From: an uncultured Desulfobacter sp. | Lineage (GTDB): Bacteria > Desulfobacterota > Desulfobacteria > Desulfobacterales > Desulfobacteraceae | Length of the DNA stretch: 64,000 bases | Reading direction: 5' to 3' | NCBI GenBank assembly: GCA_963665095.1 | Contig: OY762069.1 | Coordinates: forward strand, 2,976,001-3,040,000 | In this document: one piece after another, positions 1-8,957 of the stretch | Numbering within the stretch: position 1 is the stretch's first letter | How the letters are laid out: each line of letters starts with the position of its first letter | Translations under genes and position numbers: made by a program | Notes under the pieces: model-generated | Databases searched by the model: none | Told to the model about the DNA's origin: nothing | The model's input: only the letters and a program-made list of their open reading frames with translations

Positions 1-1725
1 GGACAACTCCTTGGGAAAGGGCAGATTCTCAAGCATGACAATGGTCTGGATCACATGCTCCTGGATCTTGAACCGCTCTTCATTGGTGAGTGTGCCCCTG
101 GCAATTTTAAGGTTATACAACTCACCCTGGTCAAACATCAGTTCAGGAACATCAATTTTAATGCCATGGGCTTCGGCATCATAAGGCAAGCGGCCTCCGG
201 GCCTTGTGATCTGGTGAATCGGTTTGTCCGCCAGCAGGTGTTCGGCCGCCGGCAATTGCCGGGCAGGTGTACCATTCATCCGTCTCAATTCCTCCGGCGA
301 GAGGCCCAGACGGTCGTCAAAATGACGTTCCCATGTCTGCTTTGCAATATCTTCAAGGCGCTCCACTTTTTCCGGAGCCATATACTCCCCACCCACATTG
401 CACTCGGCAATAAAGGCAAAATCGTCCTTGAGGGTCTCAAGGTGCTGATCCAGCTCAGCCTTCAGGGCGTCATCCTCTCCATTGCCTTCCAGCATGGCTT
501 TTTGGCATTCAATGATTTTATCCCGATAAAGGACTTCAAACCGGGTTCTGACTTCATGGATGCGATTGTTGATGGTTTCAAGTTTGGTGGCTTTGTCCAC
601 CACATATTCCGGAGTGGTGATTTTTCCGCAGTCATGCATCCAGGCTGCAACTCTGAATTCCCGCCACTCGGCGTCGGTCATGTCAAATTCCGCCAAAGGA
701 CCGCTCTCTGTTTCACAGGCCTTTCGTGCCAGCATCTGACAGATCTCCACCACCCGGCCGCTGTGGTCGCCGGTATATGGCGATTTGGCGTCGATGGCAC
801 CGGCGATAAGCTGGATCAAAGAATCCAGAAGCTGGCGCTGGCTTTCCACCAGTTGCTGGTTAATCAGGGCTACAGCCGCCTGGGCGGCCAGACCTTCCAC
901 AAACCCGGCCATGTCTTTGCTAAAGGATATAACCCGGCCAGACCCCTTGATCCGGGCGTTAAACAGAAGAAGCAATCCAACCACTTCGCCGTGGCTTGGC
1001 TTGAGCGGCACCACTAGATAAGAGGATGAGCGGTAACCATGCTCCTTGTCAAAGTCAAATACCGGTTGAAAGTCAAAATCCCTGGAATCCTGAATGCTGA
1101 CCACATTTACCGCACGCTCTGTGAGAACGCAATGGGACAGGATATTGAAATACTCGGGTGTCTGGGTCTCTAGATTACGCAACGGCACCGGGGCAAAGGG
1201 TACAGGCCGGCCGGACTTGCCTCCGAAATGCAGATCCAGGGAATCTACACCAAAAATTTCATACCTTAAGGTTTCGTCCTGGGTTCTAAGCAGTAAGGCG
1301 CCGCCGTCGGCATTGGTCAAATCCTTGGCTCCGGACAAAATCATCTCTTTAAACCGGCCAAGGTTACGCTCCCGGGAAAGGGCGATGCCCATTTCAATCA
1401 GTTTTTCCAGTTTTTCCTGGGCAGCCACAAGCTCTGCGGTGCGGCTTTCCACCCGTTGTTCCAGATCTTCTGCGTGCCGGGCTAACGTTTTGTGGGTGCT
1501 TGCAAGTTCTTCCTGCTGTTTGGTGACTTTTAAATTCAGGGATTTCAGGCTGTTTTCGTTGGCATCGCTCACCCTGACCATGCGCTTGAACACTTTGAGC
1601 ATTTTTTTATAGTGGGTCAGCAGTTGTTTAAATTCGGCTTTATGGTCACCGTCCGAATTTTGGTCCAGCAGCTCCTGTCCCCAGTTGAGTATCTCCTGCT
1701 CTTTGGAAAAGGTATCCAGTGACAT
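1..1725 (-). CDS. SiaD-like N-terminal helix + GAF + HD-GYP c-di-GMP phosphodiesterase (3' end runs off window)
   Basis: Not in the ORF track because it has no stop in the window. My translation from ATG 1725 gives MSLDTFSKEQEILNWGQELL...YKKMLKVFKRMVRVSDANE, then a GAF region (SYLVVPLKPSHGEVVGLLLLFNA), then HD-GYP motifs (AIDAKSPYTGDHSGRV, WMHDCGKITTPEYVVDKATKLETI, GELYNLKIARGTLTNEERFKIQEHV). It starts 3 nt after the siaC stop. Confidence 0.88.
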   Translation of the reverse strand, partial: MSLDTFSKEQEILNWGQELLDQNSDGDHKAEFKQLLTHYKKMLKVFKRMVRVSDANENSLKSLNLKVTKQQEELASTHKTLARHAEDLEQRVESRTAELVAAQEKLEKLIEMGIALSRERNLGRFKEMILSGAKDLTNADGGALLLRTQDETLRYEIFGVDSLDLHFGGKSGRPVPFAPVPLRNLETQTPEYFNILSHCVLTERAVNVVSIQDSRDFDFQPVFDFDKEHGYRSSSYLVVPLKPSHGEVVGLLLLFNARIKGSGRVISFSKDMAGFVEGLAAQAAVALINQQLVESQRQLLDSLIQLIAGAIDAKSPYTGDHSGRVVEICQMLARKACETESGPLAEFDMTDAEWREFRVAAWMHDCGKITTPEYVVDKATKLETINNRIHEVRTRFEVLYRDKIIECQKAMLEGNGEDDALKAELDQHLETLKDDFAFIAECNVGGEYMAPEKVERLEDIAKQTWERHFDDRLGLSPEELRRMNGTPARQLPAAEHLLADKPIHQITRPGGRLPYDAEAHGIKIDVPELMFDQGELYNLKIARGTLTNEERFKIQEHVIQTIVMLENLPFPKELS

Positions 1726-1728
1726 GGT

Positions 1729-2109
1729 TTATTCCTTTACAACCATTTTAAAAGTTGCCGCTTCAAGGTCCTCACCAAAGTCCTCTCCCAGCTCTTCCAT
1801 ATTGTCGTCTTCTGAATCGTAAATCCAGTTTACGGTAACATTATTGTCCGCGGCAGCCTCGTCCAGCATATCAAACAGATCCATGAGGACCTTGGCTGAA
1901 CTTGAATTAAAGTAAATCAGTTCAAAGTTGAAAACAATATCTGTCCCCTTCTGGTTCTCCAGCCAGTTCTTCAAGGTTTTAATCACCGAACCGTAAAATG
2001 CTGTGATATCTTCGGGATAGGATTCTTTCCTAATGGAAAAGACTGCTTTTTCAAAGTTAAAATCAATTTCAGGCGTCCGGTCTGTTGCCGCTATTTTTAT
2101 GTTTTCCAT
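1729..2109 (-). CDS. siaC: SiaC family regulatory phosphoprotein (DUF1987), copy 1
   Basis: 126 aa with TPEIDF, ESYPED, LIYFNSSS and VNWIYDSEDDNMEELGEDF motifs; directly downstream of siaB. Confidence 0.9.
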   Translation of the reverse strand: MENIKIAATDRTPEIDFNFEKAVFSIRKESYPEDITAFYGSVIKTLKNWLENQKGTDIVFNFELIYFNSSSAKVLMDLFDMLDEAAADNNVTVNWIYDSEDDNMEELGEDFGEDLEAATFKMVVKE

Positions 2110-2123
2110 GTGTAATCGCCTCC

Positions 2124-2669
2124 CTATATAAATGCCTTCAGCGTGAAAAATGTGTTTGTTTCGTCCAGTTCATTAAAATCGAAAGCAATCCCGCCTTTGG
2201 CCTTGCGGGCAATATCGATGAAGCCGACACCCGCCCCTTTGCTGCCTTCGGGCGGTCCTGATCGCAACCCGTCTTTCCATGCTTTTTTAAGTTCTTGCCG
2301 GTCCATCTGCTGGACAGTTTTTAATGCCTTTTCCAACCGAGGCACATCCTTGGCGTTTATCTTGTTCCCGCAACTGACAAAGAACCCCTTTTCTCCCCGA
2401 CCCACTGTCAGGATACCGGAACGTACGTCCCGGTCATCTTCCCGGCTTTCAGTCTCCGAAGAGTAGCGGATCATGTTCTGTACCTGCTCCACAAACACCC
2501 CGAAAATAACCCGGGTTGTCTGGGAGTCTGTTTCGTCCAGAATCAGCTCTTTTTTTATGGCCTCTCCGAGTCCCATCAGCGTCCCTTCGGTTATGTAACC
2601 GCTGTAGCAGAAAATGATGCCTTCATTTGAGAATTTTTCTTTTAACTCATAGAGATTTGATCCTAACAT
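2124..2669 (-). CDS. siaB: SiaB family protein kinase
   Basis: 181 aa with IFCYSG, FVEQVQNMIRYS and SKGAGVGFIDIARK (GHKL-like) motifs; GGAGG RBS upstream; adjacent to siaC. Confidence 0.88.
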   Translation of the reverse strand: MLGSNLYELKEKFSNEGIIFCYSGYITEGTLMGLGEAIKKELILDETDSQTTRVIFGVFVEQVQNMIRYSSETESREDDRDVRSGILTVGRGEKGFFVSCGNKINAKDVPRLEKALKTVQQMDRQELKKAWKDGLRSGPPEGSKGAGVGFIDIARKAKGGIAFDFNELDETNTFFTLKAFI

Positions 2670-2990
2670 TTTCCCTCCGTTTGGGATAATCGATCCTTAA
2701 TATTTATCAGGAAACAATACAATAGCTCCCCTGTCTTTTGCTGGAAGACGAATGGAAAAGCTCCCCTTACTCATACCCTTTACACAATTATTGCAAGATA
2801 TATTATGCCAATACATGTATTGAAGTCATCTTTTTTTTTATATTCTTTAGGTCAGCAAGTTTGCTTGACAATTTAAACAATTTCTTATTTGATGCAGGCA
2901 TTAGTATAAAGCCCGTTACCTGACCCGATACTTTTTTATCCTGTTTTTTTTCCTGTTTTTTATACAGGACCACTTGCATTAGAGGACCGT

Positions 2991-4848
2991 ATGTTCCGGA
3001 ATCCAATCAGCAGATTTGTTTTATCTTGTATATTCCTGTGCCTGCTTTTCTTCTGGCCTGATCCTGTTGCCATGGCATCCAGCCCCCAAACCCCATCCCA
3101 AATATCCGTGGTCTACTGCAAAAATATTATCCCTTTCCATTACACAGGTACAAACGGGACCCCGGAAGGAATTTTAATAGACTTCTGGAATCTGTGGAGC
3201 CGGAAAACCGGGATAACCATCCAAATTCACGCCGGCGACATGGGATGACACCCTCACAATGATGCGGGAGGGAAAGGCCGATGCCCATGCAGGACTTTTC
3301 TTCAATGAAAACAGGGCCCGGTTCCTGGACTACGGGGTGGTACTACACCAAACCGATACGCATATCTTTTATGATAAAAGGCTGCCGCCGCCGAGCAGCA
3401 ACCTGGATTTCCTGCCCTATCGCGTCGGAATGATCCGTGGCGATTCCGTGGAAGGCTATCTGCTCAAAACCTTTCCACACATGAGTGTTGAAGGCTTTAA
3501 CACCTATAAACAAATGATGGCGGCCCTGAAACAAAACCGGTTATCTGTTTTTGCCGCAGACACCCCCACAGCCCTTTTTCACCTCCAGCAGTCAGATCTG
3601 AAAACAGTTTTTAAATATAAATCCGGCATGCCCCTTTATCGAAGCAACTGACATGTGGCCGTAAAAAAAGGGAACCAGGCGCTGCTGGCCCTCATAAACA
3701 ATGGATTTCAAAGTATTACCGAAGATGAAAAGCGCCATATTTTACGACAATGGGCCTCGGGGACCAAAAAAGGGACAATGGCGCATTGATCATAGCAGCC
3801 TCTACAGGCTATGCACCCTTCTCCTTTATCGGGATCGACGGAAATCCCGCAGGACTTCTGGTGGACATCTGGCGGTTGTGGAGCAGGCAGACCAACACAC
3901 CTGTTATCTTTAAAATGGATAGCTGGGCACAGACCCTTGAGGCGGTGAACTCCGGTGAGGCAGATATCCACTCAGGTCTTTTTAAAAATCAGGAGCGTGA
4001 AAAATGGCTCACATTCGGCATGCCGATTTTTGAATCAGACACTGCTTTATATTTTTTATCCAGCAGGTCATCCCCGGCCACACTAAAAAACCTCAAAGGA
4101 GAAATGGTGGGCGCCATGACCGGCTCCTATCAGGAAAAATTTCTTAAACAAAATTCCATTGACATTCAAGTGGTTGGCAGGAAAGACAATGAATCGCTGA
4201 TCCTGTCTTTAATTAAAGGGGAAATTTCAGCCTTTGTCCATGAGGCGCCTGTGGTGAGTGCAGATCTTTCCCGGCTGCACCTTTCCGGTCTGATTTCAGG
4301 CGGCCAAACTTTATTTTCTGATATGATATGTCCAGGCGTTGCCAAGGGAAGAGACGCCTTGAAACAAAAAATTGACAACGGTTTTTAAAAATCCCCATTG
4401 AAGATCTTGCCGCCATTGAAAAACGCTGGCTGGGGAATGTCCCCAAACGCTTTTACCGGGAGGCTGCGGATGAAATCGGCCTGACGTCGGAACAAAAAAA
4501 ATGGATTCGGAACAACCCTGTAATCAAGGTGGCGGCCACACCGAACTGGCCCCCTTTTGAATTCAACGACAAAGGCAAATATTCCGGACTGCATGCAGAC
4601 ATGATCCGCCTGACCGCCCAAAAGACAGTCGTAACGGTAAAAGGATGCCCTGTTTCCCTGACGATTAAAAAGCAATATCCGGACATGCGCATTATTGAAG
4701 TTGACTCTACACTCAATGCCCTGAAGAAACTGTCCCAGGGCCAGGCTGACGCGTACATCGGTACCCGGGAAGCAGCCGTCTGGGCCAAGGGAAAAAACTA
4801 TATTGACAATATTCAGGAGTCAGGCCGGTTCAGCGACCCCCCCTGCGC
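2991..4848 (+). pseudogene. Disrupted 5' half of a SiaA-like sensor phosphatase (signal peptide + SBP family-3 domains 1-3)
   Basis: ORF pieces 2991-3248, 3259-3651, 3750-4388 and 4529-~4845 join into one protein if I correct frameshifts at ~3220, ~3770, ~4386 and ~4840 and an in-frame TGA at 3649-3651. Domain 3 also has an apparent in-frame deletion at ~4627. Confidence 0.82.
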
Positions 4849-6975
4849 GTGCGTCTGGCCACCCGCAAAGACCTTCCCATCCTCCACGCCATCCTGCAAA
4901 AGGCATTGGACAGCATCACCCAGAAAGAACGCACGGATATCATCCGCGCATATATCAGTGCCTCTGACCTGGAAAAAAGTGTGGCCCCCGTGGCGCTGTC
5001 TTCTGATCAAAGGGCGTGGCTCAGGAATCATTCCAGACTCAACCTGGCAGTGGCGGGGGATTGCCCCCCGTTTGAGCTCATGGATTCCGAAAACGGGTAT
5101 GGCGGCATTGTCTCAGAGTATGTCAACTTTTTGGGCCGCCAGCTGGACGTGGAGATGGTTCCGGCCCTGAACCCCGACTGGCCCCAGGCGGTGAAAAAAC
5201 TGGCGGCCAAAGAGATAGACATATTGCCCAAAGTGGTAAAATCCAAGCAGAAAGAGACCCATCTGCTTTTTACCAAACCTTATTTATCCTTTCCTGTTGC
5301 TGTTTTCGGGCATAAAAACAGCCGGTTTATCAGCGGACTCAATGATCTGAAAGGCTTAAAAATAGCAGTTACCGCCCGGGGCTTTGTCCGGGATTTTATG
5401 TCGGCCAACCACCCGGAACTGCCACTGACCCTTTTTTCAGATACAAAGGAAGCACTGATGGCACTCTCCAAGGGAGCTGTTGATGTCTTTATTAATGATA
5501 CCGCCGCCACAAGTTATACCATCAATGCCCTGAATATCCCCAATCTCAATGTTGCGGCCATGACACCCATCAACATGGAGATCTGCATGGGTGTAAGAAA
5601 GGATCTGCCACAGCTTATCCCCATTCTGGAAAAAGCCATGGAGACAATCCCTGCTCATCTTGCCGAAGAATTCAAGGACAAGTGGCTCTCCACACAGTTC
5701 ACCGTGGGGCTGTCCCTTGCAACGGTTCTTAAGTGGGGCATCCCCATTGCCGGTGGACTGGGCCTTATTATCCTGGTCATATTCATCTGGAACAGGAAAC
5801 TGGACAAGGAGATTACTGCCCGCAAGAGGACTGAAAAACGACTGAGTTTCACCCAGTATACCATGGACCACGCATTTCATTCAGTCTTTTGGATTAACCC
5901 TGACACAGGTCAATTTATCTATGTTAACAAAGCCGCCTGTAAAATATTGGGATATGACCAGGAGCAGCTTCTTGAGATGGTAGTTCCCCAGATTGACATG
6001 GATTTCCCTGCCGAAAAACTGGAAGGGTTCATCCAGATGTTAAGGGAACAGGATTTTATCTCCACCCATGGCCGCCATCAGACCATTGAAGGTGCTGTTC
6101 TTGATGTGGAATTGACCTGTTATCTGACGGAATATCTGGAAAGGGAGGTCATTGTTGTATTCTCCATGGATATTACCCAGCGGCTCAGGGCCCAAAGGGA
6201 GAGGGATGAAGCCTACCAGGTCATAAAATCATCCATTGAGTACGCAAGCAGGATTCAAAGATCGGTCCTGCCCCCGTCCGAGCGTCTGGACCAGCTGATC
6301 AGGGATCATTTTGTGCTTTGGCAGCCCTGGGACGTTGTTGGCGGAGATATTTACTGGTGCAGACAATGGGGGGAAGGGACATTGATGATCCTGGCCGACT
6401 GCACCGGTCATGGGGTGCCCGGGGCGTTTATGACGCTGATCTCTTCCGGAGCCCTGGACCGAAGCCTTCAGGAGGTGCCGGCCGGCGATCCGGCAGCCCT
6501 GGTTCAGCGGATGCATCAGCTGATCCAGATTGTCCTGGGGCAGGACTCGGAAACCGGACACTCAGATGACGGCCTGGAACTTGGCCTTTGCTATATTCAC
6601 CCTCTTCAAAACAGAATCACTTTTGCCGGTGCTGGCTTTCCCCTTTTCAAACTCAAGGGAGATGAGGTGGATTTGATCAAAGGGGAGAAGATCGGTATCG
6701 GATACCGGCACATTGATTTTAATTCCACCTGGACCAACCATAATATAGAGGTGACCAAGGGGGATCGGTTTTATATGTCTTCTGATGGTATTTTTGACCA
6801 GATCGGCGGTCCCAAACGCATGGGGTTCGGAAAAAAACGGTTTAAAAAACTGCTGCTGTCGGTTCAAAATATCCCTCTGACACGACAAGGGGAACAAATC
6901 TACAAAGAAGTCACGGCATATCAGGGAAAAGAAAAACGCAGGGACGACATAGCTGCCATTGGATTTCAGCTGTAG
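4849..6975 (+). CDS. Intact 3' half of SiaA-like protein: SBP family-3 domain, TM helix, PAS, SpoIIE/PP2C phosphatase
   Basis: DCPPFE SBP motif, TM segment (IAGGLGLIILVIFIW), PAS (YVNKAACKILGY), and PP2C motifs SIEYASRIQRS, VGGDIY, ADCTGHGVPGA, SDGIFDQ, RRDDI. The true start is uncertain because this is the tail of the disrupted gene. Confidence 0.8.
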   Translation: MRLATRKDLPILHAILQKALDSITQKERTDIIRAYISASDLEKSVAPVALSSDQRAWLRNHSRLNLAVAGDCPPFELMDSENGYGGIVSEYVNFLGRQLDVEMVPALNPDWPQAVKKLAAKEIDILPKVVKSKQKETHLLFTKPYLSFPVAVFGHKNSRFISGLNDLKGLKIAVTARGFVRDFMSANHPELPLTLFSDTKEALMALSKGAVDVFINDTAATSYTINALNIPNLNVAAMTPINMEICMGVRKDLPQLIPILEKAMETIPAHLAEEFKDKWLSTQFTVGLSLATVLKWGIPIAGGLGLIILVIFIWNRKLDKEITARKRTEKRLSFTQYTMDHAFHSVFWINPDTGQFIYVNKAACKILGYDQEQLLEMVVPQIDMDFPAEKLEGFIQMLREQDFISTHGRHQTIEGAVLDVELTCYLTEYLEREVIVVFSMDITQRLRAQRERDEAYQVIKSSIEYASRIQRSVLPPSERLDQLIRDHFVLWQPWDVVGGDIYWCRQWGEGTLMILADCTGHGVPGAFMTLISSGALDRSLQEVPAGDPAALVQRMHQLIQIVLGQDSETGHSDDGLELGLCYIHPLQNRITFAGAGFPLFKLKGDEVDLIKGEKIGIGYRHIDFNSTWTNHNIEVTKGDRFYMSSDGIFDQIGGPKRMGFGKKRFKKLLLSVQNIPLTRQGEQIYKEVTAYQGKEKRRDDIAAIGFQL

Positions 6976-6976
6976 C

Positions 6977-7076
6977 GGTTTTATCGATATTGCCCGAAAA
7001 GCCAGAGGGGGAATTGAGTTTGATTTCAAAAAAGTGGATGAAAAAAGTATTTTTTTCCTTAAAAGCCTATATATAG
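6977..7076 (+). pseudogene. 3' remnant of a second siaB
   Basis: Translates GFIDIARKARGGIEFDFKKVDEKSIFF/SLKAYI* (frameshift in a T run), matching the C-terminus of the intact SiaB (GFIDIARKAKGGIAFDFNELDETNTFFTLKAFI*). Confidence 0.85.
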
Positions 7077-7184
7077 GCCATCCCTGATAAAATAACCGGA
7101 CCGTCTGTCATGCACGCAACACAAAATGGTCTGGAGAGATGGCCGCAGGTTCCTGCAAAAATTTTCAATTGAGGAAGAGAGCAA

Positions 7185-7565
7185 ATGGATAATATAAAAA
7201 TTGAAGCAACTGAAAGAACCCCTGAAATCGATTTTAACTTTGAAAAAGCAACGTTTACTATAAAAAAAGAGTCCTATCCCGAGGATATTACAGATTTTTT
7301 CGGCCCGGTGATCCAAGCGCTGAAAGCCTGGCTTGAAAGTCAAGATGGAACAAATATTGTCTTCAATTTTGAACTGATCTACTTCAATTCAAGCTCCGCC
7401 AAGGTACTCATGGATCTGTTTGACATGCTGGACGAAGCGGCAACAGCCAATAAAGTCACAGTGAACTGGATTTATGAGGCAGAAGACGACAATATGGAAG
7501 AACTTGGAGAGGATTTTGGAGAGGATCTGGAACGGGCAACCTTTAATATGGTTATAAAGGAATAA
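7185..7565 (+). CDS. siaC: SiaC family regulatory phosphoprotein (DUF1987), copy 2
   Basis: 126 aa, colinear with copy 1 and about 80% identical by eye; GAGGAAGAG RBS. Confidence 0.9.
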   Translation: MDNIKIEATERTPEIDFNFEKATFTIKKESYPEDITDFFGPVIQALKAWLESQDGTNIVFNFELIYFNSSSAKVLMDLFDMLDEAATANKVTVNWIYEAEDDNMEELGEDFGEDLERATFNMVIKE

Positions 7566-7883
7566 AAACAGCCTGTGAATTCATACCTTGAAGGGAGTTT
7601 TGATACTGATTCAGGGTTTCCCTGATCAGCCTTTGTCAGCGTACCTGGGTCATGTTAAAAATCTGACCTTAACACCGCAATAATGATGGGATTTGTGGTA
7701 CCTGCTGATATGGATATTTTCTTCAACAACCCCCTTTGCCAGACCATTGAAATCGTGACAGACCTGAAGATACCGAACCGGTTCGGCAATATTTCAGGCG
7801 GGGACAGCACGGAAAAAAAAAACCGGACCCCGCACAATCTGCCCTTGCGTCCCCCCCGGTAACCAGACACGGAACATCAATTC

Positions 7884-8414
7884 TTAAACACGAGGCTGAT
7901 TTAACCATTGCGTGTTATCTGGTCGGGCCCGTTTTGCTCTTACCACCGCTTTCTTCTCATGGCCCACTACCACGAGAGGAACCCCGAGCGTTTTTTTAAG
8001 CAGCCGGATCCGGCCGGATGTGCGTTCGCTGCCTCTGGAGGGATCAAACACGGTGAGAATAATATCATGGTGGGCATCTATATATCCGGAAAGTACATTT
8101 TCAGGCTTGTCCGCACTCAAGGCCACTGAAAACGGCACGCCGCAGAAAGAGGGGTTTAACATTTTCTTCAGGGATTCGGGCACCCCGGCAAGATGCTCAT
8201 CTGTCCGCCACAGCATTCTGGATGCAGGAAAGGTACTTTGCCCATCTGCTCTGTCCAAGCCCAAAGCAGTCTGTTCAGCCGGGGCAATCTGGCGTTGTTT
8301 TAAAAACTGCAGGATGCATAAGCCTGCGGCAACCCGCTTACACAGGCCGGCGGCATATTGAAAAACTGGCCTGGAAGGCACGTCACCATCAATGACAAGC
8401 AATATCTGCTTCAT
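7884..8414 (-). CDS. Hypothetical protein with universal-stress-protein-like fold
   Basis: N-terminus MKQILLVIDG...VFQYAAGLCKRVAAGLCILQFL and C-terminal LGVPLVVV resemble Usp domains; sigma-54-like promoter upstream. Confidence 0.6.
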   Translation of the reverse strand: MKQILLVIDGDVPSRPVFQYAAGLCKRVAAGLCILQFLKQRQIAPAEQTALGLDRADGQSTFPASRMLWRTDEHLAGVPESLKKMLNPSFCGVPFSVALSADKPENVLSGYIDAHHDIILTVFDPSRGSERTSGRIRLLKKTLGVPLVVVGHEKKAVVRAKRARPDNTQWLNQPRV

Positions 8415-8545
8415 TCTATTCTATCCTAAATTTTTAAATGTTTCATTTAAGGTTTGGATAATAATCATCCAGACCACAGCAGGCAGACATACCTGGCAGT
8501 TATTCAGCACAGTGAGATGTGGCAGACAGCTACAGAGTCTGAAAG

Positions 8546-8561
8546 AGCATTTTGCATGCCA
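8546..8561 (-). promoter_or_regulatory. Putative sigma-54 (-24/-12) promoter
   Basis: The minus strand reads TGGCATGCAAAATGCT, with exact GG-N10-GC spacing, ~130 nt upstream of the Usp-like gene. Confidence 0.6.
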
Positions 8562-8662
8562 GAGGAAGCTGACATTATGAGATCAAGCCAAAACCCCTGC
8601 TGTAAAAGGAACTAAAAGAGGTCTGTGAGAAAGATTTCGGTCCCTTTCTAACACATAGGAAT

Positions 8663-8681
8663 TGTTTCATTATGAAATACA
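8663..8681. promoter_or_regulatory. Palindromic site, possible enhancer-binding-protein UAS
   Basis: TGTTTCATTATGAAATACA (core TTTCAT-T-ATGAAA), ~100 nt upstream of the sigma-54-like promoter. Confidence 0.4.
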
Positions 8682-8957
8682 GGGCACGCCTCTTCCAAAA
8701 TACTACTTTAAATTAAATATGTTATAGATTTATTGCAGAGTGCATCCGGATGTTATGATCTGCAACAGCACCTGCAACCGGAATTTTTAGGAAAGGACTT
8801 GCCGGAAATCCCTGCAGCGGATATAACCGTTGAACCTGAATCAGGCATATGCAATCCAGCGGTTCGCGATTACTTCGCCAGTGCATGGATTCATTTTTTT
8901 GTAATGCGCAGATGCGACAGCCAGGACCAACATATTTCAAACAAAGGGGGATCACAT

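Noticed and set aside
55..1612. Plus-strand ORFs 55-1017 (320 aa) and 1094-1612
   Set aside because: They are antisense shadows of the minus-strand HD-GYP gene, which has clear motifs. The same applies to most short overlapping ORFs in the track.
3649..3651. In-frame TGA as selenocysteine
   Set aside because: It lies in a solute-binding domain with no redox Cys context, within a gene carrying several other lesions, and I saw no convincing SECIS hairpin. A nonsense mutation is more likely.
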